Below, one piece after another: positions 1 through 9,474 of a DNA stretch of 64,000 bases. The stretch is from Savitreella phatthalungensis (taxonomy: Eukaryota), in assembly GCA_051599415.1 (NCBI GenBank), contig AP039702.1:248001-312000 (forward strand), written 5' to 3'. The notes below the pieces were generated by a model. That model worked only from the letters and a program-made list of their open reading frames with translations. It was not told the DNA's origin and did no database searches. Position numbers and translations under genes: made by a program. How positions within the stretch are numbered: the stretch's first letter is position 1; each line of letters begins with the position of its first letter.

Positions 1-696
1 GAAGCTGGCCGGTGGCGACTGTGATAGACCTGCAAGCACTTCTGGCGACAAGCGTGGGTCGTCGTCGTCCAAAATGGCAGACTCACTTGCAGCTGCAGCT
101 CCGCGGAGAACGGAATTCTGCCGAGCGGCACTCGAACTTGGTACAACGCCACCTTCGTCGTAGACTTCCGCCAGTTGGGTTTCTAACTCGGTGATGCGCT
201 GGTGGAACGACTTGGCAATCTCATTCAGTCTGTCATTCTCCTCTTTCAGCTGGATGATGAGTGAATTGGCAATATCCAGCTCCTGTGAACGTAGCTCTAG
301 ATCTTTGATGTACTTGTCCTTACGCTGGCGGAATGCTCGCTGTGCTTTTCGGTTTTGATCAGCTCGCTTGCCTGATGCCAGCTTCTTCTTGGCTGAACCG
401 TTATTGTGGACGCCGCCGATGCCTGCCATGTTCATGTCCATCCGTACTCCTTGCTGTCCTTGGTGTATAAGTCCACCTCCGGCTGGTGCGATCGGGATCT
501 GCTGTGGCTTGGCTGCTTTCGAGGTTTGTGACATACCCACGCCGTTAGACCTCGACGATACTGGCATGACTGTGTGATTGGTAGGAGATGTGTTGGATGA
601 ATTGCTGTCATATGAGCCGACACTACCATTGCCAGAGGTAGCGTCAGAGTAGTATGGTTCGACCTTCATTGAGGCTCCTGACATTGATTTCATCAT
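1..696 (-). CDS. bZIP transcription factor, Yap/AP-1/KapC-like (3' end runs off window)
   Basis: Manual translation from ATG 696 (MMKSMSGASMKVEPYY...). It contains the basic region KRADQNRKAQRAFRQRKDKYIKDLE followed by a heptad zipper. The frame is open to position 1, so it is absent from the ORF track. Confidence 0.9.
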   Translation of the reverse strand, partial: MMKSMSGASMKVEPYYSDATSGNGSVGSYDSNSSNTSPTNHTVMPVSSRSNGVGMSQTSKAAKPQQIPIAPAGGGLIHQGQQGVRMDMNMAGIGGVHNNGSAKKKLASGKRADQNRKAQRAFRQRKDKYIKDLELRSQELDIANSLIIQLKEENDRLNEIAKSFHQRITELETQLAEVYDEGGVVPSSSAARQNSVLRGAAAASESAILDDDDPRLSPEVLAGLSQSPPASF

Positions 697-1782
697 GATG
701 AATGGATCCTTGATGGTGTAAATGGATTGGTCGACAATCTTGTAATTTGAGATGGATGTCCTGTGTAGGATTTGAGCACACGAGGGAGGTCGACTCTGCG
801 TTACCTGCCACTTCTTGCTCTTGTGACTCAACCTATGAGAGTTGAAGCGTCTCGGACGACACGGGCACGAGACGTGTACGTCTCCTGAAAGGGCTGCAAG
901 ACTGTAGATCCAATGATCTGCAGATTATGATAGACCTTGGAGAGATATTGTGCAGGTGCGTGCGAGCAGCCTTGGTAATAAAGTAGCGGTCCAAGGAACA
1001 GGACAGGGGACCGAACTGAGTCGAATTTTGTGTTCCTGTCTGCTTGAACTAGACCTGTATGAAGGAACGGGCTAGAACTTGTCGGCCAGTTTGCTTGCTC
1101 AGCTTCGTGGATGGGGACCCTTTCTAAATGATCGTAGAAGGAGAATTGTAGAGTTACGCGTGTTGTCGTCGCTAGAAGACCTTGTTGGACTCGGTGAATT
1201 GGCAGTATTGACGAGCGCTAGTAGTTCGCGAGGGTCAGCACAGTCTGCGAATCGCAGGTCGTCGTGGCTCTGAGCTTTTCACAGTCCGTGGATTGGAGCG
1301 GTTGAGATGGCAGGTTCGATCGTGTACACCTGGGAGCAGCAGTCAAAGCACTTCTGTGGGCTAAGAACAGTGCAGAGCGAGTTAGTTGAATTAGACTGTG
1401 ATTGGCTCTATGTGCTGGTGCGCGCTCGTGTTGTAGTAGGAAGCGTGCGCGTAAACGTGTGGGCGTGGATGTGCAGGAGTTGCGCGCGTGGGTGTGAGCG
1501 TGTGAAGTTGGACGTCAACGCGTGATCTGAACGTGTTGGTCTCTGTCAAGCTGGGAGTAATTCGAGCTACCGGCCACGCGACTCTGGCGTGAAATTAGCC
1601 TTGCGCGTGATCTGATCCAGTTGTCTTGATTTGGATTGCGTGTGCAGATGGAGGTCGCCGCTGATGAGAGTCGATCGTGCGACTGAGATCCTGCAGTGTT
1701 GTGTACGAGAGCGCGTGCGCAGGGAAAGGAAAATATGTCTGTTAAGAGAAGCGGTATAGAAGCACAGACTATGTCGTCCTCG

Positions 1783-1882
1783 GAGTGAGTGAGTGAGTGA
1801 GTGAGGGTAATACCAGCTGTGTATCAGGTATTGTTCGATGATGTAGTTTCTTAGATGTCACTCACTCACTCACTCACTCACT
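1783..1882. repeat. Inverted pair of tetranucleotide arrays: (GAGT)5+ at 1783-1805 and (TCAC)6 at 1858-1882
   Basis: Read directly. The two arrays are reverse complements separated by ~52 nt. Confidence 0.9.
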
Positions 1883-3721
1883 TTCTTACTCGAGTCATTC
1901 ATTCAATTTTCTACGAGCTTTCTATTTACTACAGAGCATAAATGTGATAGCGGTAATTGTTGATCGTTGGAAATTTTGAATTCTACCCGATCCAGTTGGA
2001 CTCAAAGTAAATGTGACAGTGACGCGCATCCCTATTTTTCCTCTCAATCTTCTTTTCTATATCCGATGGACTTGCTTGCTGTTTTGACCGCTTGGACATT
2101 GATCCATTCTAGCGCGTATGTGGTTTAGGTCAATGTTGCGATCCTACCTTCAGACTCATCTCGAATGAATCTGGTCGTCTCTACCTTGCGCCAGTGAGCT
2201 GGTACACCGATGATGCTCAAATGTATTTTGTAGCCTGATGGCCGTTGTTGAATTGATTGCGTATCTGAATCGTGTGGGCGTTCAGCCGAACTTTTGATCG
2301 GAGCTGATCGCAGTCGGGATTAGCTTCGAGTGATGTCATCGAATTGATTGTCCATTTGTATCCTTCCATTGGAGTTTCTCACTTTCTACGGCTACATATG
2401 CGGGAATCCAAGTCACGAAGCGCAAGAACCGGCAGTAGTCAATACTTCGAGTGCTCCAGGCGCTGACGCACCGTCGATCTGCGCATACAGGAAGCCGTGC
2501 CCGTCGGATTGATCCGTCGATCATTGTCTCAATTCTAGATAGGCTTTCTTGCAATCGCGTGTCGTACGGCAAATAGAGTTTCAGGGACTTGACACCACCT
2601 TGGCAGAGTAACAGACCTCGAAGACTCAGTCACTTGGCCAACATCTCCTATAACTATTTCTGCACATTCTCCAGCCAAAGGCTGCGAGAGTTATCCTAGG
2701 GAATGAGTCAGACAGCGAGCAGGACAGATCCCTGGAGACCGATCTTTTCTGATCTCTTGAGTCATGTGATTTTGCTCCTGCTTCTTGATGTCCTTGCAGC
2801 TTAATCGAATTGTTATGGTGTATATATCCTTGACCTATATGGCGAATGGTTATCACCAGATTTGGTGGCCAACGTGAGTCTAGCCACGTTTACATGGTCA
2901 TGGAATTAGCCTAGACGTACGATCGCGATCTCGAACACTTGGGAATGATCCCACGATGAACAGGAGAGCTGACCTATTGTCCGATAAGCGATATCCGCCA
3001 GGTCCGAATTTCCCGCATCTGTAACGCAGATGTCACGATCGGAAACCACTTTGTCCACGCGATTCTCGTGCAAGGTAGTCATGACGAGAGGACGAAAGCT
3101 TTTTCGTGTATATTTCCGATCTGGTTGCAATTGCCTCGTAGCGTGGTTGGCGATCTAAGCGTTTGCGATCTGGACGTTTGCCCGGTTTGCGATTCATTAC
3201 TGATAGTAAATGCAATCTCGCATGGTTTCCACGGCAATCCACGCGTCTCCTGCAGGGTCCCGAGTAGAATCTCACGATCACGGGCTGTGGACTGCTTTAT
3301 AAGCATCCTTGGAGTGAGCAGTAGGCGTGATCGTCCGACGAGAGACTGCGATCGGACCATTCTTGGAACTGGTGATCAAGCGCGTGGTTGGCTAGAAGTT
3401 GTTTGTCGGAGCCAGGCTCATGGCGAGTGATTGGAGATCACACCGAGAGCCACGCTCGGGACGAGCACGCGTTCCGAGTTCTAGCCACCAGCGTGTATCA
3501 GGAGACACACAATCCTATCAGCGTCCTGACCAAGAACACGACTAGTTCAGCTGGTCCATCCAGACAGAGCAATCGTGAACCTAAAGCTTTTCCAGAAGAA
3601 GACCTTCTGCTCCTGTCTGACCTGATGTCGATTTTGCTGATGAGCTTCGCGCTGCATACTCATGATATCAACCTGGGCAGACCGAAGAGCCTTGATCGAT
3701 GAGGATCGAAGCTTTGAAGAC

Positions 3722-4020
3722 TCAACCTCGTGCATCTGCCGCCTGTTGCTGCTCCTCGAATTCGTCCTGGTCGTAGATGACGAGAATGATCAAGCTGCAG
3801 GAAGGACACCGAGCAACATCGTCACCTCCTGCAAGCTGAGCGATCGTGATCTCGAAGCGGTCGCCGCACGGACAAGGATAGTGGTACAGACCATTCTCTG
3901 CTAAATGTCAGTATGCAATTCACAACTCCTTCTCAAGAGTTCGAGCAGCGGCGGGGTGATCGTACCCTTGTCAAATGTCATGTCCTCAATCTCGATCTCA
4001 TCGTAAAAGTTGTCAGACAT
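3722..4020 (-). CDS. DPH3: Diphthamide biosynthesis protein 3 / Kti11 (CSL zinc finger), 77 aa, one intron
   Basis: Exons 4020-3966 and 3900-3722, intron 3965-3901 (GTACGA...ACTGAC...TAG, 65 nt). Product [34 protein letters not shown]...[10 protein letters not shown]. Confidence 0.95.
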
Positions 4021-4653
4021 GATGAGCTCACCTTTCAAGGCGACTCGAATGGCAGAGCTTCAGCTCGACAGCTTCGTTCCAAGAACAGATGACGCGATGA
4101 GGAGAAGTTGTGCGGCGATCAAGTACCTGATCAACAGTGGTCCAAGAGTGTAGTGTGATTATGATGGTTTTCGAAAATGCACGTGACGGAGAGTTGCCCT
4201 CCAAAATGTTCCTGGCTATATTTACACTACACATCAGCAACAGCAACTTCTATGGGATGAATTAAAGATTGAATTTACACTGAATTCTCCGAATCCTGAA
4301 TATTTGAATTCTGTATTCGTGCATTGATTTGATCAACACTCCTTTTACAATACAGGATGCAAGAAGACACTCTCTGTACGCAGCTTCTTCCCCACCTCGC
4401 TAAACACAGCGGCAGTGATGAATTGAATAGGCTATTGTACAGGTCAGCCCTATAGCACGCATACAACAGCCTACACAGAATAAACAGCTTACGACCACAA
4501 TAAACCCGATACTACGAGGCATCATCAAGCATAACTTGATCACATCGGTTTAGGCCAACATCAATCATCGCTTGGCACTACTGATCTGATCATCCAATAT
4601 AGCACGACCAGCATCACCTCATTCTCTCTGTTCTGTCATTCCCCGAACGGCAG

Positions 4654-5898
4654 ATGACAGAACGCTTAACGCGCCTGCTGAAGGCGTACGCGCTCTACGA
4701 TCCTGCAGTGGGGTATGTGCAAGGACTACATCTCGTTGCGGCTGTTGTACTAATCGAGTGCGGTGGCTCTCGTGAGGAAGATGCATTCACAACGCTTGTG
4801 GCGCTAATGAAGCGTCACGATTTGCGATCGCTCTACCTTCCAGAAATGCCGGGACTGCATCGGCGGCTATACCAATTTGACAGATTATTAGAGGAGCGGA
4901 TACCGCACTGTCACGTCCACCTGGTACGGCTGGGGATCACATCGAGCATGTATGCATCCCAATGGCTGCTAACATTGTTTGCCAGCAATGTCGCGAAGCT
5001 AGGACCTTCGGCAGTCTCGCGAATATACGATCTCGTCGTCCTGGACGGTCTCGTTGCGATACTGAGGCTTGGTGTCGCACTAGTTGAGCGCAACGCGCAG
5101 AAGATACTGTCAAAGACGAAAATGGAAGATCTCCTAGACTTCCTGAAAGAGCATCTATTCGACGCATACCAGAAAAGTAAGCTTCCGCCAGCCGATATAC
5201 CTGCAAGCAGTAGTGCCACAGGACCGTTAGACGTCAAGACGGAGGCAGGCGCGCCGAGTCATGAGAAATCGGGCGCTACTTCGCCATCACCCGCGACCAC
5301 ACCCGCATCCGCAAATCCACCTCCAAGCAGCGCTGGCGGATTCTTTGGCGGCACCACAGAGCTCGACCTGGACATGGACGCTTTAATAGCTGATGCGGCA
5401 GCGGTTGTGATCACGGACACAAAGTTGGACGGGTACAGGAAGGACTATGAGAGTGCTGTGAAGGAGCAGGCTGCGAAGGAGGCAGAAGCGCTTGAGCTGC
5501 GAACGAGCAACGTGACACTCCAGGCGAGCGTCCGTCGACTTGAAGAGGAGCTCGAGAAGCTGAATACAGAACACATCGAGTTGGCGAACGAGCTCGTGTC
5601 CGTCAAGGTCGCCAGGGCAAAAGTCGACGACGAGAACGAGTCGCTCAGAACAACAGTCGACGATCTCAAGCGGATCGTCGACAAGCAGCCGCAGGAAGTC
5701 GAGCTGAAATTCAAGGAGCAACTGGACGAGCAAGCACAGACATCACGTCACGTCGCTGCGGAAAACAGAAAACTCCAAGACCAACTCGCAGCAATCGAGC
5801 AGGAACTCATCAACCTCAAGCTTACCCATGCAAATCAGGCAGACGAGCACGAGAAGCTCCAGCAGAAATGGGAAACTCTTCGAAAGAGTCTCGCTTAG
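4654..5898 (+). CDS. GYP5: Gyp5/Evi5-like TBC (Rab-GAP) domain protein with C-terminal coiled coil; N-terminal half of TBC missing
   Basis: AYALYDPAVGYVQG, EEDAF, MPGLHRRLYQFDRLLEE and YASQWLLTLF motifs, plus a long C-terminal coiled coil. In-frame stop at 4600-4602 upstream. Confidence 0.8.
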   Translation: MTERLTRLLKAYALYDPAVGYVQGLHLVAAVVLIECGGSREEDAFTTLVALMKRHDLRSLYLPEMPGLHRRLYQFDRLLEERIPHCHVHLVRLGITSSMYASQWLLTLFASNVAKLGPSAVSRIYDLVVLDGLVAILRLGVALVERNAQKILSKTKMEDLLDFLKEHLFDAYQKSKLPPADIPASSSATGPLDVKTEAGAPSHEKSGATSPSPATTPASANPPPSSAGGFFGGTTELDLDMDALIADAAAVVITDTKLDGYRKDYESAVKEQAAKEAEALELRTSNVTLQASVRRLEEELEKLNTEHIELANELVSVKVARAKVDDENESLRTTVDDLKRIVDKQPQEVELKFKEQLDEQAQTSRHVAAENRKLQDQLAAIEQELINLKLTHANQADEHEKLQQKWETLRKSLA

Positions 5899-6077
5899 CT
5901 GTATCCACTTTCCTCCCCTTTAGACCATTCCACGGTGGGGAGGCAATGCATAGCATGCACGCCTAAACAGCTTGATTCGCGTGATTGATCGTCTATTCGT
6001 GTTTACCCGGTTGTTTTAGGTGTGTGTATGAGATACGGAGTGTCTCGACGTTGATCGTTGTCTCATTCCGAAGGCCC

Positions 6078-6379
6078 TTACAACGTAGAAGACGACTGCT
6101 CCTCGCGCTCAGCAAGCTTCCGTCTAGCGTCGGCAATCTTGCGATCCATCTCTGCCAATCGAGCATCAGCGTCCGAGACCTCCCTCTCCAAAGCCTCCAC
6201 CGTCTTCGCCTTGTCGCCAATCCCAGCGTCCACCATCGTAGAAAACTGCTCGCGCGAGTCAGATCTTGGTAAACCCGAGAGTCAGTAAATCAATCATTCA
6301 CACAGACACACAGAAATATCGAGACTGCTTACAGGCCTAGCGATGGTAGGCGGCGGCCGTGTGTCCCACCACCGTCCAT
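6078..6379 (-). CDS. Small coiled-coil protein of unknown function, ~77 aa, one intron
   Basis: Exons 6379-6333 and 6264-6078, intron 6332-6265 (GTAAGC...ACTGAC...AAG, 68 nt) joins in frame. Product MDGGGTHGRRLPSLGLSDSREQFSTMVDAGIGDKAKTVEALEREVSDADARLAEMDRKIADARRKLAEREEQSSSTL. Confidence 0.6.
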
Positions 6380-7054
6380 GATCAATCCTGAATAGGTAAA
6401 CTCCTCGGAAGTAGTGGCAGTCGTGATGAGAACCACGCTCTGAGCTCCTGAGTGAGTATGGATGTGTGTGAACGCAGTGATTGCTTGTGAAGGATGGCTG
6501 TTGGTGAATGTTGGACTCAGGATGATCGTAGTGGAAGGTTGGTTGAGTGACTGGGTCTACTCAGTCTGTGTCATTGTTTGTGTTATGTCTGTGCGTTCGG
6601 ATGCGTGTGTTGATAGGCGGAGAATTTGATCTCCTCTTGGATTTCTCTGATCTGAGTTGAGTTAGATGGAAATCGAGTACAAAGTTTCAGAGTTTTCAGG
6701 TCAATTGGGAGTGCAGATCACCAGACAAGAGTCCTCAGTTGGATACTTTGGAGACTTTGGAGGCTTCTTCATTCGGTGTGTGAGAGGGATGTTCTCGAAG
6801 CCTCGGGAAGCGCTTTAATCAGTGCAATCCTCCGAACATCCGCATGGAGTTTACAAGGGTCGAGTTCTTATCATATATCACAGTGGAAAAGCGTGAATGG
6901 GGTTCTTTTGAAGTCTATGTACTTTTACTTTTTACTTTGTATACTTACATAAAGCTCTGCTCGGTAGGATGGCCTTCTTTGCTCACCTGCCTGCTTTTCA
7001 TTTTTCAAGGGTTGCCCGAACGAAAAATCGAGAGGACGGCTATTCTGGCCAATA

Positions 7055-8854
7055 TCACACTTCGATGCTTTCGTCGTCAGAATCGTCACGGTCAAACGCC
7101 CATCGATCGAACCAGCCACCTCGGCCCTTACCTTTACCCTTGCCCTTGCCACCGATACTCTTCCCCTTACCCTTGCCTTTACCCAGCCCGCCACGCGTCT
7201 TGCCGCCCGTTGAGCCATGCAGTTTCGTGTGGAGGGAGGTGTGGATGTCTGGGTCGAGGAAAGGACCTGATTGCGGGAGGTAGTGGTGACATTGGCGACT
7301 CGGGATCGACCGGCGATCGACCATGATCCGACCTCCTCTGCCGATGCGCTGCCTGAACCGCATCCGTTGCTGTGGTTGCTGCTGCTGCTGTTGATGATTC
7401 CTGTCGGCGGAATTGGGGCGCATGCTACTGACTAGTTTTGAGCGCGAGGCAGCGTTCGGATCTGCGGAGCGTTCGATGTTGACGCTGCGCTCGGACGGAG
7501 CAGCTTTGTCGTGCTGCTTGTTGGCGTCCGGACCGAGATCGGCATGGGCAGCAGACGCAGTAGCGGTGACCTCTGTCGCGCCCACATACAATGTCTTGAT
7601 GAGGCGGAAGAAGGAAGAAGCGAACGAGCGAGGCGTCGGGATGTAGGGCGAGTCTGTTCGATCGATCCATCCGAGCTCTTGAGCTGGGATTTGTGGCACA
7701 CCAAGCTTCTCAGCCATCTCTGCGCGAGCCTTCGCGTTCCGCTCCTCGAAGTATTCATCAATCGAGACGAGATTCGACTCGTTCGCCACATCGCCAGCAC
7801 GACCGGACGCCTGGGAAGCCGAGTGCTGTGCTCCAGAATTGGCACGAGCCAGCTTCGAGACAGGTGTTGCAATCGCATTGTCGACGGACTTCCGACGCTT
7901 CTGCGTGACGAGGAGGTCGTCATCGCTCCGAATATTGAGCTTCCTCTTGAGGTCTTTGACGAGACATCGCTTCTCGAAGATGGCCTGATTGACAAGAAGC
8001 ACCTCCCGCTTGAGACGTTCACGTCGGAGTACCATGTCCGCAAGATCACGAGCCTGCTGCATCTCATTCCGTAGTGCACGCACACGCGTCGTTGCCGGGT
8101 GTCCAGTCTGCCGAGTTTTCCGCATCTGTCGCACCTCCCGACGCCGGAAACACACGTACGGATCTCCATCGTCCTTCGCGTTCTCCTCGAACCGAAGCAT
8201 AGGCATGATCGGTCGACCGCCATTCGCCACTCGCCGATCTCGCCAGTGTGGGTAGACAAACTTGGCGTAGGCCTTGTGAGGACGGCCAATAGCTTGTTCA
8301 TCATCAAACGCAGATTGAAGCTCCTCGAAAGGCAGGATTGAATCTGGAGCGGTAGACAAGAATGGTTGCTTGACGTTGATGGTCAATTCAAATTGTTGAA
8401 TGATGCATTCAAATGCCTCTTCAGAAATCGCAGTATTGCCCTTGCGGCCAACATTGAATTTGTCAAGCCACTCTTCGTCCTGCTCGTCCATGCAGTACGG
8501 GCAACCTTCCGTCTCTTCGACTGTGAGAGAGGATCGAATAAGTGTACTCGGACTTGTCCAGGTCTTGTGTGCGGTGCGGAACTTTTTGTCGTAGTCTGGG
8601 ACTACCTGTGAAGCGTCCGGGGTAGGGATATTAGCCGTCTTCTGAAAGCCGGAAGCGTTCATGGCAGCCACGAGATGCGTCTCATTCTCTTCCTCCTTGT
8701 CGACGCCAGATTCAACCTTCTCACTTGCAGCAGCTGCTGCTGCAGCCTGGTTGAGAAGATCCTCTTCGAGCTTATCGACATCTTTCCACTTGAGGATGCC
8801 GAGTGCCTGTTTGACGGAGATTTTCCGGTTGCGAAAGTTCGTACGCTTCGACAT
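7055..8854 (-). CDS. EPL1: Enhancer of polycomb-like protein 1 (NuA4/Piccolo subunit)
   Basis: FRNRKISVKQAL, SGVDKEEENETHL, IPTPDA, YCMDEQDEEWL, DPYVCFRRREVRQMRKTR and RQRIGRGGRIMVDRR. First ATG at 8854 (the ORF-track start is non-ATG). Confidence 0.95.
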   Translation of the reverse strand: MSKRTNFRNRKISVKQALGILKWKDVDKLEEDLLNQAAAAAAASEKVESGVDKEEENETHLVAAMNASGFQKTANIPTPDASQVVPDYDKKFRTAHKTWTSPSTLIRSSLTVEETEGCPYCMDEQDEEWLDKFNVGRKGNTAISEEAFECIIQQFELTINVKQPFLSTAPDSILPFEELQSAFDDEQAIGRPHKAYAKFVYPHWRDRRVANGGRPIMPMLRFEENAKDDGDPYVCFRRREVRQMRKTRQTGHPATTRVRALRNEMQQARDLADMVLRRERLKREVLLVNQAIFEKRCLVKDLKRKLNIRSDDDLLVTQKRRKSVDNAIATPVSKLARANSGAQHSASQASGRAGDVANESNLVSIDEYFEERNAKARAEMAEKLGVPQIPAQELGWIDRTDSPYIPTPRSFASSFFRLIKTLYVGATEVTATASAAHADLGPDANKQHDKAAPSERSVNIERSADPNAASRSKLVSSMRPNSADRNHQQQQQQPQQRMRFRQRIGRGGRIMVDRRSIPSRQCHHYLPQSGPFLDPDIHTSLHTKLHGSTGGKTRGGLGKGKGKGKSIGGKGKGKGKGRGGWFDRWAFDRDDSDDESIEV

Positions 8855-9474
8855 GACTTGGATGTGGACCAAAAGAGCGTCGATTGATGGTCAGAGACGG
8901 TCTGATGACCTCAGGGACAATAGCGTGACAGCACTCGCTTGTAGGAGATGTACCTCGATCAAAATCGCTCAGAATTGAGCGCTCTTTGAATACACCTCCT
9001 TGTTTAAGGCCTGCGACAAGCTGCACTAGTGAAAGAGCCGCTGCGCTGCCTGTATAGGCTTACAGAATTGAGGTCAAGCTTGTCTGCAAAATACGTGTCG
9101 TCGTCGGTCGTTGTTGCGACGCTGCATTGACTTTGTCCAATCAGATTTCAGCATTCATGTAGGATGATACATAAATCACGTGTTGTGCATCGACGAGAAA
9201 AGATGAATCGAATACCAGCTGCAATGAATACCTGTACCGGGCGGAGTAACGACAGCAGCGGTGCTGGTGACGCACCACATCCTCCACCCACCCACGTCCT
9301 CTTCAGAAAGCAATGCGACAGGCTTGAATCGTTTGTCCCGATCCGTTTGTACTCCAAGCTCGGGTCCCTTGCTGCAGAGACTATCTCTTTCACGGCAGCA
9401 AGTCTTTCTCTTAGAGAGCCTTTGGGTCAATCTAGAGTCAAGGTGACGTCTACCGACGTCTTGCTTTCTTGGTG

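Noticed and set aside
4357..4602. Upstream exon for the TBC gene (ATG 4357 with donors at ~4376 or ~4443)
   Set aside because: Phases do not match the available acceptors, and the peptide lacks TBC motifs.
7120..7185. CCCTTA/CCCTTG hexamers resembling an interstitial telomere
   Set aside because: They are the reverse complement of in-frame Gly-Lys codons of EPL1, with synonymous variation, and are not TTAGGG repeats.
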